Of a stretch of DNA of 64,000 bases, positions 1 to 9,826 are shown piece by piece. The stretch comes from Candidatus Latescibacterota bacterium (lineage in GTDB: Bacteria > Latescibacterota > UBA2968 > UBA8231): the NCBI GenBank assembly GCA_965261395.1, contig OZ253462.1, positions 5,088,001-5,152,000 on the forward strand, read 5' to 3'. The notes under the pieces are model-generated. The model was not told the DNA's origin, searched no databases, and worked only from the letters and a program-made list of their open reading frames with translations. Each line of letters opens with the position of its first letter. The stretch's first letter is position 1. Both the position numbers and the translations under genes were made by a program.

Positions 1-375
1 ATTGCAGGCAACCTAGCCAAGACCGAATTGCGCCGTCGCAAGCGCTGGAATTGGATTCCGATCAGTCCCAGCGACGACGAACAGCCCACCGCCTTTTACG
101 AGCCGGAGGCCAAGGACCCACTCCCCGGCGAACAGACCGACGGCAACCGCGTCGAGTCCGTCGTCGTCCATGCCATCGAGGACCTGCCCACAGAATTTCG
201 CGCCGCCGTGCTCCTCCGCGATTTGAAAGGGCTCTCGTACGAGGAAATCGCCAAGATCATCAACTGCCCCGTAGGCACGGTCAAGTCGCGCGTCAATCGA
301 GGCCGCCTGCGGCTACAAAAGAGCCTGCGCGGACTGGCTGAAGAAGTTATTGGGTCGCTTGCCGCTCCGGCCTGA
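1..375 (+). CDS. ECF-type RNA polymerase sigma factor, 5'-truncated by the window edge
   Basis: Frame open from base 1 (IAGNLAKTELRRR); sigma70 region 4 motif LPTEFRAAVLLRDLKGLSYEEIAKIINCPVGTVKSRVNRGR. Confidence 0.9.
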   Translation: MAGNLAKTELRRRKRWNWIPISPSDDEQPTAFYEPEAKDPLPGEQTDGNRVESVVVHAIEDLPTEFRAAVLLRDLKGLSYEEIAKIINCPVGTVKSRVNRGRLRLQKSLRGLAEEVIGSLAAPA

Positions 376-463
376 CCCTTTTGCCGGCTGACCGCAGCGG
401 CGTTTTCATTGCCCAGCGACGTGCTCCTAATTATTTTCGTTCACCTCCCATTAGGAGCACTCC

Positions 464-1519
464 ATGACCATTGATGCCCAACGCCTCTACGGCTTTGTCG
501 AGCAACTGCTCGCCGCGCACGCGCCCTCGGGCGCAGAATCCGCTATGGACGCCCTCGTCACCGAGCTCGCCGCTCCCATCGGCGACGCCGTTTGGCAGGA
601 CGCGGCCGACAACATCATCATCCACATCAAGGGCCAAAGCCACGACCAACCCGTGGCAGCAGTCGCCCACAAGGACGAGATCGCCCTCATCGTCAAGCGC
701 ATTGAAGCCGATGGCAAAATCAGGGTGCAGCCCTTAGGCGGCTTGCACCCTTGGGCACTAGGTGAAAGCCCGGTAGAGATCATGGCGCGGGACGGCCTCT
801 GCCCAGGCGTGCTCTCCACCGGCGCTAAGCACGTCTCCACCGAGAGTCCGGCGGGGCGGCTCAAAGACGGCCAGCCTCTCAAGTGGGAACAGATGTGGAT
901 CGAAACGAGGCTCGCGGCCGCAGAACTGACCCAGCGCGGCATTCGCGCTGGCACTCGGGTCGTCATCGCCGGCAAACACAAGACGCTCTGGCGTTTGGGC
1001 GATTGCGTCTGCGGCTACAACCTCGATTGCCGCGCCGGCTTGGCGGCCATGCTCGAAGTGGGCCTGCACTTGCGGGAGAACCGGCCAGCCCAAGACGTAT
1101 ATCTCGTGGCCAGCTCCAGCGAGGAAATCGGCGGTCACGGTGCGATCTACGCGCTCGGGCGGCTGCCGGTTGACGCGGCTGTTGCCGTTGACATCGCGCC
1201 CGCGGCCGCCGAGTACGGAACGGTAAACAGCGGCGACCCCATCATCGGCGTCCGGGATAGTCGCGGCCTGTACGATGCGCGCATAATCAACCGCTTGGAC
1301 ACCCTGGCCACCGCCTGCGGGTTCGGCATCCAAACGGCCGTCCTCACTTCGTACTCCAGCGACTCGTCGATTGCCAAAACGTCTGGTGCCATTGCGCGCG
1401 CTGCGTTGATTGGCTATCCGGGCGACAACACGCACGGGTACGAAATCTGCGCCTGGGACGGCATCGTCAACACAGCGCGGTTGCTCTTGGCTTATTTGGA
1501 AAATCCAGCGGTGAGTTAA
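464..1519 (+). CDS. M42 family metallopeptidase
   Basis: Motifs PSGAE, AHKDEI, NLDCR, SSSEEIG, AVDI and a C-terminal THGYE; RBS AGGAG. Confidence 0.85.
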   Translation: MTIDAQRLYGFVEQLLAAHAPSGAESAMDALVTELAAPIGDAVWQDAADNIIIHIKGQSHDQPVAAVAHKDEIALIVKRIEADGKIRVQPLGGLHPWALGESPVEIMARDGLCPGVLSTGAKHVSTESPAGRLKDGQPLKWEQMWIETRLAAAELTQRGIRAGTRVVIAGKHKTLWRLGDCVCGYNLDCRAGLAAMLEVGLHLRENRPAQDVYLVASSSEEIGGHGAIYALGRLPVDAAVAVDIAPAAAEYGTVNSGDPIIGVRDSRGLYDARIINRLDTLATACGFGIQTAVLTSYSSDSSIAKTSGAIARAALIGYPGDNTHGYEICAWDGIVNTARLLLAYLENPAVS

Positions 1520-2568
1520 AAAGCGCGCCGAACCAGAAAGTCCAGCATTTCTCCCAACATATCGCGCGCGGGGTTGGCCGGGAGTTTCTCTAGGTGCGCC
1601 AAGCTCTCTTCGACCTTTTGCTGGCACACGCCCTCGACATAGCGGTCGCATTCGTAGTGCTCGACCAAGGCGATGACTCGCTCGATTTCGGCGGCCGTAT
1701 TGCGCTGGCGCTCTTGGTGCAAGATCGCCAGCACTTCCTCGCGCTCCGCCGCCGTGCATTTGCCCAATAGGTCGATGATAATCAAGGTCCGCTTCCCTTC
1801 CGCGATATCCCCGCCCCGCTCCTTGCCGTAGGCTCCAGAAGTGACCCCGGGCGCAGAAGCAGCATCTTGTTCGGAAGAACTCAAGTTCAGTAGATCGTCG
1901 CGGAGTTGGAACGCGATGGCCATGGACTCGCCGAAGTCGCCGATACAAGTTCTCAACTCCATCTCGGTACCCGCGATAATCGCCCCGGCGGTACACGGCC
2001 CTCGGCCCGTGTACCACCCGGTCTTTTTGCGCAACATGGTCATAAACTCGTCCTCGCTGGGAATATAGCGCTGGCGAATCCAGCCCACGTCGTATGCCTG
2101 TCCCTCAAATGTCTCGCACGCGCCGCGGATCATCTCGTCCATCAAATCGAGCGCGACATCCGCCCCCAATAGTTCGCGGTTCGCACTGAGGATCTCAAAG
2201 ACCTTGGCGTACAGGGCATCGCCGACGTTGATGGTCAATGGGATCCCGTGCAGCTTGTGCAAACAGGGCTTGCCGCGCCGCATCTCCGAATCGTCTTCAA
2301 TATCGTCGTGGACCACGGCAAACGACTGGAACATCTCAAAGGCCACCGCAGTCCGCATGGCTTTCTTTGGATCGCCGCCGCAGACTTGGCAAGCCAGCAG
2401 CACCAACGCCGGGCGGAATCGCTTGCCGCCGCGCTCCGGGTAGTCGCGCATCAGCCGATATAGAAACTCCTCGGGTTCGCGCACGACGAGGAACGAGAAC
2501 ATCTCCTCTTCTATTTGCGGAATGTAGCGATGCAAAAACTGGCGCAAGCCTCGGGGTACCGCAGACAT
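1516..2568 (-). CDS. Polyprenyl diphosphate synthase (short-chain, GGPP/FPP synthase type)
   Basis: GGKRFRP, FARM HDDIED..RRG, KTG, SARM FQLRDDLL, GDIAEGKRT; Phe five residues before FARM; start moved to MSAVP. Confidence 0.9.
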   Translation of the reverse strand: MSAVPRGLRQFLHRYIPQIEEEMFSFLVVREPEEFLYRLMRDYPERGGKRFRPALVLLACQVCGGDPKKAMRTAVAFEMFQSFAVVHDDIEDDSEMRRGKPCLHKLHGIPLTINVGDALYAKVFEILSANRELLGADVALDLMDEMIRGACETFEGQAYDVGWIRQRYIPSEDEFMTMLRKKTGWYTGRGPCTAGAIIAGTEMELRTCIGDFGESMAIAFQLRDDLLNLSSSEQDAASAPGVTSGAYGKERGGDIAEGKRTLIIIDLLGKCTAAEREEVLAILHQERQRNTAAEIERVIALVEHYECDRYVEGVCQQKVEESLAHLEKLPANPARDMLGEMLDFLVRRAF

Positions 2569-2602
2569 ATTTAACCTTTCGTTGCAAATAGTACGAGCAC
2601 AT

Positions 2603-3187
2603 CTACCATCTGGTGCGCCCCACTTGTACCTCGGGGTGCGAGACAATTAAATGCCATATGACGGCTTGGAAGGATTCCGTCAGCGGCGTGACCGCATCCG
2701 GGGCGACCGTCGGCACAATCGCGCAGGCATCGGCGACTTGGGCTGTAAAGCCGCCATCCCGCCCCACGATGCCGCAGATTTTGGCTCCGACCTCTTTGGC
2801 GTACTCCAGTGCTGCAACCAAGTTGACGCTCGTATTCAGCGGGCGATTGCCGCCGCCGACGGAAAGGACCAAGATCAGATCCTTTTCGTTTAAGCGGCTG
2901 CCCTCCAGCCAGTTGGCGAAGGCCGTATCCCAGCCCTCGTCGTTGATGCGCGCCGTCAGCTCCGAGACGTTGTCCGTGGGTGCGTAGGACTCAATACCAG
3001 CGATCTTGCGAAAGTCATTGACCGCGTGGCTCGCATTGCCCGCGCTGCCCCCCACGCCGAGGATAAAGAGCCGTCCCTCGCGCTGACGGGTCTCGACAAA
3101 GAGCCGCACCATCGCGTCGATCGCACTGCGATCTAGCTGCTCAATGACCTGAGCCGCTGCCGCCAAGTACTGTTGGGTATAACTCAT
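2603..3187 (-). CDS. SIS-domain sugar-phosphate isomerase (GmhA-like)
   Basis: GVGGSAGNASH, TARINDEG, LSVGGG. Confidence 0.85.
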   Translation of the reverse strand: MSYTQQYLAAAAQVIEQLDRSAIDAMVRLFVETRQREGRLFILGVGGSAGNASHAVNDFRKIAGIESYAPTDNVSELTARINDEGWDTAFANWLEGSRLNEKDLILVLSVGGGNRPLNTSVNLVAALEYAKEVGAKICGIVGRDGGFTAQVADACAIVPTVAPDAVTPLTESFQAVIWHLIVSHPEVQVGRTRW

Positions 3188-3196
3188 CCGCCGTGC

Positions 3197-3946
3197 TTAC
3201 AGGCTATAGCCGGCAGCCGTGGCATCCGCGTAAAAGATCTGCACCGTCTCTAGCGAGAACTGCCCCAACTCCTTGCCCAAGGTCGGCAGCTTTTTGATGA
3301 TGTCGCTGGTGCAGGTGATGATGTGGCAGCCGATGCTGTCGGCTTGGACGACATTGTACACCTCGCGGGGGCTGGCCCAGATGAGTTCGGCTTGGGGGTT
3401 GGGCGCGAGCAGTTCGACCGACTCGGCCATGACTGGCATGTAGTCTAGCCCAGCGTCGGCGATACGACCGGCAAAGACCGACACGCAGCACGGTGCCCCG
3501 CCCTCGACCGCGGCCGCTACTTCTCGCACTTGGTCGAGCAGAAAGATCGCCGTGACATTGACCTTGACTCCGTCTTGAGACAGCCGATGGACCAAGTCGT
3601 AGCTTACCTCGCCCTTAGTGTTGCTGACGGGGATCTTGGCATACACGTTTTCGCCCCAAGTGGCGATCTCGCGGGCTTGGCTCTCCATGTCGTCGAACTC
3701 GTCTGAAAAGACCTCAAAAGAAATGTGGCGATCTGGAATGGCTGCGACGATGTCGTGGGCAAAGGTTCGGTAGTCGGTGACGCCCGCTTGGCGCATCAAG
3801 GTGGGATTGGTCGTAAACCCAGAGACTAGTGGGTTGGCATAGCTCGCCAGCATGCTCTCGCGGTCGGCCCCGTCGGCAAAGACCTTAACCGCGAGGTCGG
3901 CGGCGGATTTTTCGTACGCGAGCACTTGGGAAGTGAGGGTGGTCAT
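3197..3946 (-). CDS. tal: Transaldolase (short form)
   Basis: GFTTNPTL, ISFEV, YAKIP, VNVTAIF, VSVFAGRIAD, WASPRE. Confidence 0.9.
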   Translation of the reverse strand: MTTLTSQVLAYEKSAADLAVKVFADGADRESMLASYANPLVSGFTTNPTLMRQAGVTDYRTFAHDIVAAIPDRHISFEVFSDEFDDMESQAREIATWGENVYAKIPVSNTKGEVSYDLVHRLSQDGVKVNVTAIFLLDQVREVAAAVEGGAPCCVSVFAGRIADAGLDYMPVMAESVELLAPNPQAELIWASPREVYNVVQADSIGCHIITCTSDIIKKLPTLGKELGQFSLETVQIFYADATAAGYSL

Positions 3947-4050
3947 GGCATTGCTCCTTTAGATTACGCGATAGGCTTAAGTCTATTAATATTAAACACT
4001 AAATATAAAACTCGCTGCCGAAAAATAGCCGTGGGGCCCGCGGGGCGCGG

Positions 4051-4079
4051 TTGGCGTTGTAAAACGCGTATCGTATAAT
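4051..4079 (+). promoter_or_regulatory. Putative sigma70 promoter for the TolC gene
   Basis: TTGGCG-N17-TATAAT about 50 nt upstream of the ATG. Confidence 0.6.
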
Positions 4080-4130
4080 TACAAGCAACTGCTGTATCTC
4101 GCTCGCCATCCAATAAGAAGGGATTTTGCG

Positions 4131-5570
4131 ATGAAATACCAATGGGCACTGGTCGGTTTGCTGATTGCCACCACCTGCTCCACGGCCGAAGTCCTCTCGC
4201 TGCAAGAGTGCATCGACTTGGCCATGCAAAACAACTTGCAACACCAAATGGACCAACACACCCTAGCCAGCAACCGCACCCAACTGACGGCGGCGCGCGC
4301 GCCTTTTGGCTTCAACATGAACGCCAACGTCATCGCGCCCAGCTTCACCGGGCTGCGCGATATCCAAGAAAACATCGCCCTCGAAACCCGAGTTCGAGAA
4401 GAGAGTACCGATAGCTCTTACAGGGGCAACTTGCGCATGACCCAGCGCCTGCGCCACCTCGGTCAATTCACGCTGACCACTACGGCCCTGCGCCGCGACT
4501 TCTCGTCCAATCGCCGCGCCGACTTCCTCGACTATGACGGTTCGACGCTCCTCGCGTTTGAGCGCAACATACTCGGCCAGCCCAGCGAGGAGATCGCGCT
4601 CAAGCGGGCCGAGCACAGCCTGCAAAGCGCACGCCTCAACTTCGACCGCCAGCGGCTCCAGCTAGAGGGCCAAGTCATCGACGATTACTACGACTTGGTG
4701 CAGAGCGTCCGCGAGCTCGAAATAGAGGAACAGCGCCTAGCGCAGTCGCGCGCCAATTTGGAACTGGCCCAACGAAAATTTGAGGTCGGCCTCATCGCCG
4801 AAGTGGAAGCCCTGCGCCTACAGGTGGAGATGCTGCAGGCCGAAGCCACGTACGACCAAGCCCAAACCAATATCGAATCGAGTCGCGACATTCTCCGCGA
4901 AACCCTCGGACTCGATGTGTGGGCACCGCTCGAAATCGACACCGAGGTCCAGTACGAGATCCACCCCATCGACGCCCAACGCGCCCTTGAAATCGGCTTG
5001 GCGCGCCGCACCGACATGAAACGAGCCGAAATTTTCGAGGAAATCCGCGCGTTGGACCTAGAAGACACCCGCCGCCGCAACGGCATTAACGCAACCTTCG
5101 GTGCCAATGTCAGCATGCGGGGGCACGGCGATGAAATCGGCGCTGTCAGCGACAATTTCGAGCGCAATCGGTGGGGAGTTGACCTGCAGATAACCCTGCC
5201 GCTGATCGACAGCGGCCAGCGGCGCGCCAACGTCAGCCAAGCGCGCATTGCCTTGGAGCAAAGCCGCCTCACCCGCGAGCAGCAGCGCCGCCAAATCATC
5301 CAACAGATCCGCGACGCCACGCGCCGCGTCCACGAAGCCGAGCGCCAGATCGACCTGCGCCAAGCCACCCTCCAGTTCGCCCAGCGCACCTACGACGTCG
5401 AGCAGAGTCGCTTTGAACTCGGCTTAGCCGACAGCCAGCAATTGCTCCAGGCCCAAGGCAATTTGACGCAGGCCCAGATCAACGCTTTAGGCGCGGTCAT
5501 AGGCTACCAGCGCCAGCTCAAAAACGCACGGCTCGCCACCATGGCCGAACTCAAAGAGCTAGCGCCTTAG
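4131..5570 (+). CDS. TolC family outer-membrane efflux protein
   Basis: Signal peptide, LSLQECIDLAMQNN, two OEP repeats (RKFEVGL / SRFELGL), LQITLPLIDSG. Confidence 0.9.
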   Translation: MKYQWALVGLLIATTCSTAEVLSLQECIDLAMQNNLQHQMDQHTLASNRTQLTAARAPFGFNMNANVIAPSFTGLRDIQENIALETRVREESTDSSYRGNLRMTQRLRHLGQFTLTTTALRRDFSSNRRADFLDYDGSTLLAFERNILGQPSEEIALKRAEHSLQSARLNFDRQRLQLEGQVIDDYYDLVQSVRELEIEEQRLAQSRANLELAQRKFEVGLIAEVEALRLQVEMLQAEATYDQAQTNIESSRDILRETLGLDVWAPLEIDTEVQYEIHPIDAQRALEIGLARRTDMKRAEIFEEIRALDLEDTRRRNGINATFGANVSMRGHGDEIGAVSDNFERNRWGVDLQITLPLIDSGQRRANVSQARIALEQSRLTREQQRRQIIQQIRDATRRVHEAERQIDLRQATLQFAQRTYDVEQSRFELGLADSQQLLQAQGNLTQAQINALGAVIGYQRQLKNARLATMAELKELAP

Positions 5571-5593
5571 CTTCCCAATCCCAATTCAAACAC

Positions 5594-5633
5594 AAAGGCG
5601 GCCTAAGTTTTTCAAAAAACTTAGGCCGCCTTT
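5594..5633. terminator. Bidirectional intrinsic terminator
   Basis: Near-perfect inverted repeat AAAGGCGGCCTAAGTTTTT-CA-AAAAACTTAGGCCGCCTTT between convergent genes. Confidence 0.8.
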
Positions 5634-5665
5634 AGTTAAGCTCGAATAACGCGCGGATTAAGCGC

Positions 5666-6154
5666 CTATTTATCGTCTTCTGAATCCATCAGCGGATGCG
5701 AGAATGCTTCTATGTCCTCGCCAAACATTCGCCGCGGGCGCAGCCGGGTATAGGATGGGATCTGATTCTGCTCTTCCGCCTCCTGACAAGACACGCACAG
5801 CCGCGCCGTAGGCAGGGCCTCCAAGCGCGGCTTGGGAATAAACGGGCAGGTCGGGCACATGTTTAAGGGCTTTTCGAGACAGGCTTCGCACTTGCCATAC
5901 GTTGTGCTGTCCAGCTTCTCGAGTGCCAGCATGACTTCCTCCAACTCGCGGCGCTCGGTATCCCCTAGGGCTACCAAAAGCTCCATGGCCCCGGCCTCGA
6001 CAGCTCGGTCGAGGTCGTCTGCCTTGGGATCTTGCAGTTCGTCAATCTCGTGCTCGGTGCCGTCCAGATCGCTGAGCAATTCAGCGCGGCGCACCAGGAG
6101 TATCTTCTTTATTCGCTCTCGATCTCGCTTATTGAGGGCCACCTTTTTGGCCAT
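5666..6154 (-). CDS. TraR/DksA family transcription factor
   Basis: Coiled coil with a DxxDxA tip (DDLDRA), YGKCEAC...RLEALPTARLCVSC zinc finger. Confidence 0.85.
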   Translation of the reverse strand: MAKKVALNKRDRERIKKILLVRRAELLSDLDGTEHEIDELQDPKADDLDRAVEAGAMELLVALGDTERRELEEVMLALEKLDSTTYGKCEACLEKPLNMCPTCPFIPKPRLEALPTARLCVSCQEAEEQNQIPSYTRLRPRRMFGEDIEAFSHPLMDSEDDK

Positions 6155-6200
6155 AGTTCCCTTCTCCTTTAACCGGCTCCCAAGCCAGTGGATTACCTGT

Positions 6201-7967
6201 TCAAATGCCCGCTGTCTGCAAGCGAAAAACCGCCGTCCCCAGCGGCCCTAACTCTGCGGCGAGCCGCCCTTTGGCCAGCGTTGGGACGGCCTGCCCGTGC
6301 AGCACTTCGGCCCGCCCCATAGGCGGCAAGCCTGCTAGGCGCAAATCGAGCCGTCGCGGCTCTTGGGCGACATTGACAGCAAATACGTAAAAATCGCGTT
6401 TGTATTCTTTGATCGCCACTTCTACCCCGTCACCAGCCGGTTGAACCTCCAAGCTGTACTCCTCCTGCAAGAGCACCGGCCCTAATTCGGTAAGCTCGGC
6501 CGCGAGGCGCTGCACTTCTTGCCACAAGGCCAGGGGCTGGATGTGGCGTTCGTTCTCCTGGCAATAGCGGTAAAACAACACTCCCTTAGCCCCTCCGACT
6601 AGCCCTTGGTAGATCATGTTCCGCAACTCGCCCGCCGTCGGCGAGCGCGCCCAGTGCTCCACGCCGCCAAAGGCCTGGGCGATCAACCAGACTGGCTTTC
6701 GCTCCAGCGAGGTCCAACGCGCCTGCTGCATATAGTCACCCACTTGGGTGATGGGGTAATTCGGAATCGGATAGACGTCGATGGCCAGAATATCGCTGGC
6801 GTCCGAGTATGCTGCGTATGTGCGCGACCGGTTATTGACTAAATAGACTGGATGATATGGATCGAGTTCCCGGATCAGCTCGTATATCGCCAAGGCAGAC
6901 GCAGGGGCCATCTTGGTCTCGGCTGGCTCGTCAACCAGATACCATGCCAAGAGCGCCGGATGCCGGCGATAGCGTTTGACGAGGGCGGCAATAGCCCGAT
7001 AATCCGGTTCGGGCTGCCGCCGGGCGTACTCGGTCAGTTCCAGAAGTATCTGCATCCCCTCTACGGCTGCCGCGTCCATGAGCGAGGCGACCTCTTCCCC
7101 GCGCAGCTTGTAGAAGTAATCTCCAGAATTGAAGTGCAGGCGCCGCATCGGGCCGAGGTCCTCGGCCCGCAGCCAGTATAGCCCAATGGGAAAGAACGGC
7201 TCGCCATCGACGAGCAAAGACTGGCTGAACAGGTCTATTTTCACCTCCCGTGCGGCCGGCGCTAACTTCTCGCAGGCCACGGCCAGCGAATCCGCACCGC
7301 CGACCGGGTCCAGCCACCGCGCTGCTAGCCAATAGCGCCCCTCGGGCAAGGCGTAAGCGGCAAAGGCCCCAGAGACCTCCTGCCCGACCATGTTTACATC
7401 CAAGCGATCCAAGACCTCGACGCCGCGCCGCAACTCGACCGTCACGGGGATGGCCATATCGCCGCGGCGATTGCGCCGCAGCCGGAAGCGAATCTCATCC
7501 TCTACGGTATAATACGAGAGATCGCCTGAAAGCTCCCAAGCAGGCCGAGCAAAGAGACGCAACTCTTCGACAACATGGATTGGTGTGCCGAGCTCCTGAT
7601 CGTACAGCCGCAAGGCCGCCCGGTGTATGCCGGCCTCTTCCAACCGATACGGCAGCTCATAGCGCACGAGACGCCCCTGTGGCACCTGCAACCGGTGCTC
7701 GACCTCGCGCTGCTCGCCCGCAGGGGTTTCCCACTCCAGCCGAGCTATTAGGAGGCGCGAACCAGAACCCGGCCTGAACAACTGCAGATCGAGCAGGTTA
7801 TCGCCTACTATGGGTAACTGTTCTTGGATAATCTGGACCGTCGGCACCTCGGGCGTCGTCTTGGGGGCCATTTGCCCGCAAGCACTTAACAGTGCGAACA
7901 GGGCAAAGTAAAAGGGCCGGGAGACAGCACCCCTCGGCCCACTCCTCGGCACCAATCGCCCTTTCAA
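6201..7967 (-). CDS. Putative lipoprotein with a glycoside-hydrolase-like TIM barrel
   Basis: Lipobox LSAC, LLVDGEPFFPIGLY, HPALLAWYLVDEP, DILAIDVYP; exact start uncertain. Confidence 0.6.
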   Translation of the reverse strand: MKGRLVPRSGPRGAVSRPFYFALFALLSACGQMAPKTTPEVPTVQIIQEQLPIVGDNLLDLQLFRPGSGSRLLIARLEWETPAGEQREVEHRLQVPQGRLVRYELPYRLEEAGIHRAALRLYDQELGTPIHVVEELRLFARPAWELSGDLSYYTVEDEIRFRLRRNRRGDMAIPVTVELRRGVEVLDRLDVNMVGQEVSGAFAAYALPEGRYWLAARWLDPVGGADSLAVACEKLAPAAREVKIDLFSQSLLVDGEPFFPIGLYWLRAEDLGPMRRLHFNSGDYFYKLRGEEVASLMDAAAVEGMQILLELTEYARRQPEPDYRAIAALVKRYRRHPALLAWYLVDEPAETKMAPASALAIYELIRELDPYHPVYLVNNRSRTYAAYSDASDILAIDVYPIPNYPITQVGDYMQQARWTSLERKPVWLIAQAFGGVEHWARSPTAGELRNMIYQGLVGGAKGVLFYRYCQENERHIQPLALWQEVQRLAAELTELGPVLLQEEYSLEVQPAGDGVEVAIKEYKRDFYVFAVNVAQEPRRLDLRLAGLPPMGRAEVLHGQAVPTLAKGRLAAELGPLGTAVFRLQTAGI

Positions 7968-8734
7968 GGCGACCTACCGGCTTGCTCGGTCTCAAGCGAA
8001 CGCAAGCGGTCCCTGAGCGAAGCGGCCAACTCGAACCGATCCGCCTCGACTGCGGCCTGTAAATCGGCCATCAACCGCTCTCGCGGTGTGCGCGGCCGGG
8101 TGCTCTCCACTTCGCCTTCCCACTCGCGCAAAAAGAGCAGTTCAGGGCACTCGTCGAGCTGGTCCAATTGACCAATCTTGGCGAGGAACTCCTCAATCTC
8201 GGCGATGCCCCGACGGATCTCGGTTAGGGCCTCGGTGTGGGCCTCGGCCTCTAGACAGGCCAGCGCTCGCGCCTGTACCCGATGCGCTGTGACAAAGACG
8301 CGGTATTGTTCGGCTAGTTGGCGGTCTTCGTCCTCTTCGGCGTATTCGTAGCACAAGTCGAGGATGGCGAGGTTGTGCACGGCGTCCTCTTCGGCCCGCT
8401 CGTATTCCTTCAGTTCGAAGAAACCAATCCGCCGCCAATAGTATTTCATGGCCTCTTGGGCTAGCTCGGAACAATCCTCGTGCGAGAGGCTAAAGGTACC
8501 CGGGCCGTGAGCTTCCTCCCACTCGCGTCGCTTTTGGCAGTAGTAATCCAACAGCGATACATAGCCGTGCGGGCGGAGCGCGTCGGGACGCCCCCGCCAC
8601 TCTAGCTGCATCAAGCCCAGGTCCATGCGGATTTGGAGCTTGGCGCTGCCATTACCACCTCGTATTTTGCGCACGCTCAACTCGCCTGGGGCATATTTCC
8701 ACTCGCCGAGGATCGGGCCAATATCGCTTTCCAT
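7964..8734 (-). CDS. Conserved protein with a C-terminal UvrB/UvrC (UVR) motif, paralog 1
   Basis: KLQIRMDLGLMQLEWRGRPDALRPHG; C-terminal LQAAVEADRFELAASLRDRL. Confidence 0.8.
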   Translation of the reverse strand: MESDIGPILGEWKYAPGELSVRKIRGGNGSAKLQIRMDLGLMQLEWRGRPDALRPHGYVSLLDYYCQKRREWEEAHGPGTFSLSHEDCSELAQEAMKYYWRRIGFFELKEYERAEEDAVHNLAILDLCYEYAEEDEDRQLAEQYRVFVTAHRVQARALACLEAEAHTEALTEIRRGIAEIEEFLAKIGQLDQLDECPELLFLREWEGEVESTRPRTPRERLMADLQAAVEADRFELAASLRDRLRSLETEQAGRSP

Positions 8735-8867
8735 AATGGGTAAAACCTCGAACTATACTTGGCCTTCAGGCCAGGGGTAGGGATCGCTTTTCACAGGCAA
8801 ACCAAGCGTCTGCGGGCCTCTCCCTCAACGGGTAGGCATCGCGTATCTCGGTGATTTTTCGGGTTTT

Positions 8868-8896
8868 ATTATATGCGCTGGGCGTACCCTTGTCAA
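8868..8896 (-). promoter_or_regulatory. Consensus sigma70 promoter
   Basis: TTGACA-N17-TATAAT on the minus strand, upstream of the UVR-motif gene. Confidence 0.85.
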
Positions 8897-8897
8897 C

Positions 8898-9743
8898 TCA
8901 CAGGCGGGAGGCCGTGGAATCGGCTTTTACCGCCGGAGCGACACCTGTGATTTCGCCTATTATGGCCAGCAGTTCCTTCTGCAGAGTCGGGCTTACGCGC
9001 AGGCTATCTAGGTAGTTTTCAATCACCGGAATGGCGTCCGTTCCCACCGCTGTAATAGCCTGATGGGTTAGGGTGCGCTCTTCGGGGGTGGGGTCGTATT
9101 CCATCTGCGTGGGTTCGATGGGTGTGCCGAACATGCTCACTCGGGGCTGCCCTCCCTCCCCAAAGGGATCCAGCCCCACGTTTGGATAGCGCCGTGGGCC
9201 GCCCGTGGAGTCGGCGAGCTGTCCATAGGGCCCGTAGGGAAAGGATTGCTCCTCGCCGGTGAACACCCCCCGACGGGTTCGCTGCTCAGCGCGCAGGGTA
9301 AGTATGTCGTAGTAGCCAAGGGCATTGACCAAAATCTCAGCCGCCTTGGTCCCCCCCATTTGCCCGAGCGCTTCAACGGCGGCCATCCGCAACTCGGCGT
9401 CGGCTGTATTGAGCGAGAAATCGAGTAGCCTCCCTATAGCCGGAGTCGCGCTCTGGTCGCCAATGGCACCCAAGGCGCGGAGCGCATCCTGCTTGAGGGT
9501 GGTGCGCTGGTCGTAGTCTTGGAGCGCCATCTTAAGCACCGGCACGGCGCGCGGGTCGCCTATCTCGCCGAGAATACGCGCGGCCTTGCGCCGCGTGGCA
9601 TAGGGGTAGTCCTGACGGGAGACGATCTCCATAATCCGATCTAATTGCCCGTGGTCTCCCTCCTGATAGAGCTTGTGCATCTGATTGACATTCGTGCAAC
9701 CCAAGGGGGCCAAAACGACCACTAAAAGCGCGATCCTATACAT
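8898..9743 (-). CDS. HEAT/PBS-lyase repeat lipoprotein
   Basis: PLGC lipobox; repeats RRKAARILGEIGD, ALRALGAIGD, AAVEALGQMG. Confidence 0.75.
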   Translation of the reverse strand: MYRIALLVVVLAPLGCTNVNQMHKLYQEGDHGQLDRIMEIVSRQDYPYATRRKAARILGEIGDPRAVPVLKMALQDYDQRTTLKQDALRALGAIGDQSATPAIGRLLDFSLNTADAELRMAAVEALGQMGGTKAAEILVNALGYYDILTLRAEQRTRRGVFTGEEQSFPYGPYGQLADSTGGPRRYPNVGLDPFGEGGQPRVSMFGTPIEPTQMEYDPTPEERTLTHQAITAVGTDAIPVIENYLDSLRVSPTLQKELLAIIGEITGVAPAVKADSTASRL

Positions 9744-9826
9744 GGCTAGCTCCTTTGTCGCTCCCCTTGCCGCGCCGAAGTCTTTCCTCTATACTTCAAA
9801 CTTTCCACAACGCAGCAGGAACTCCA

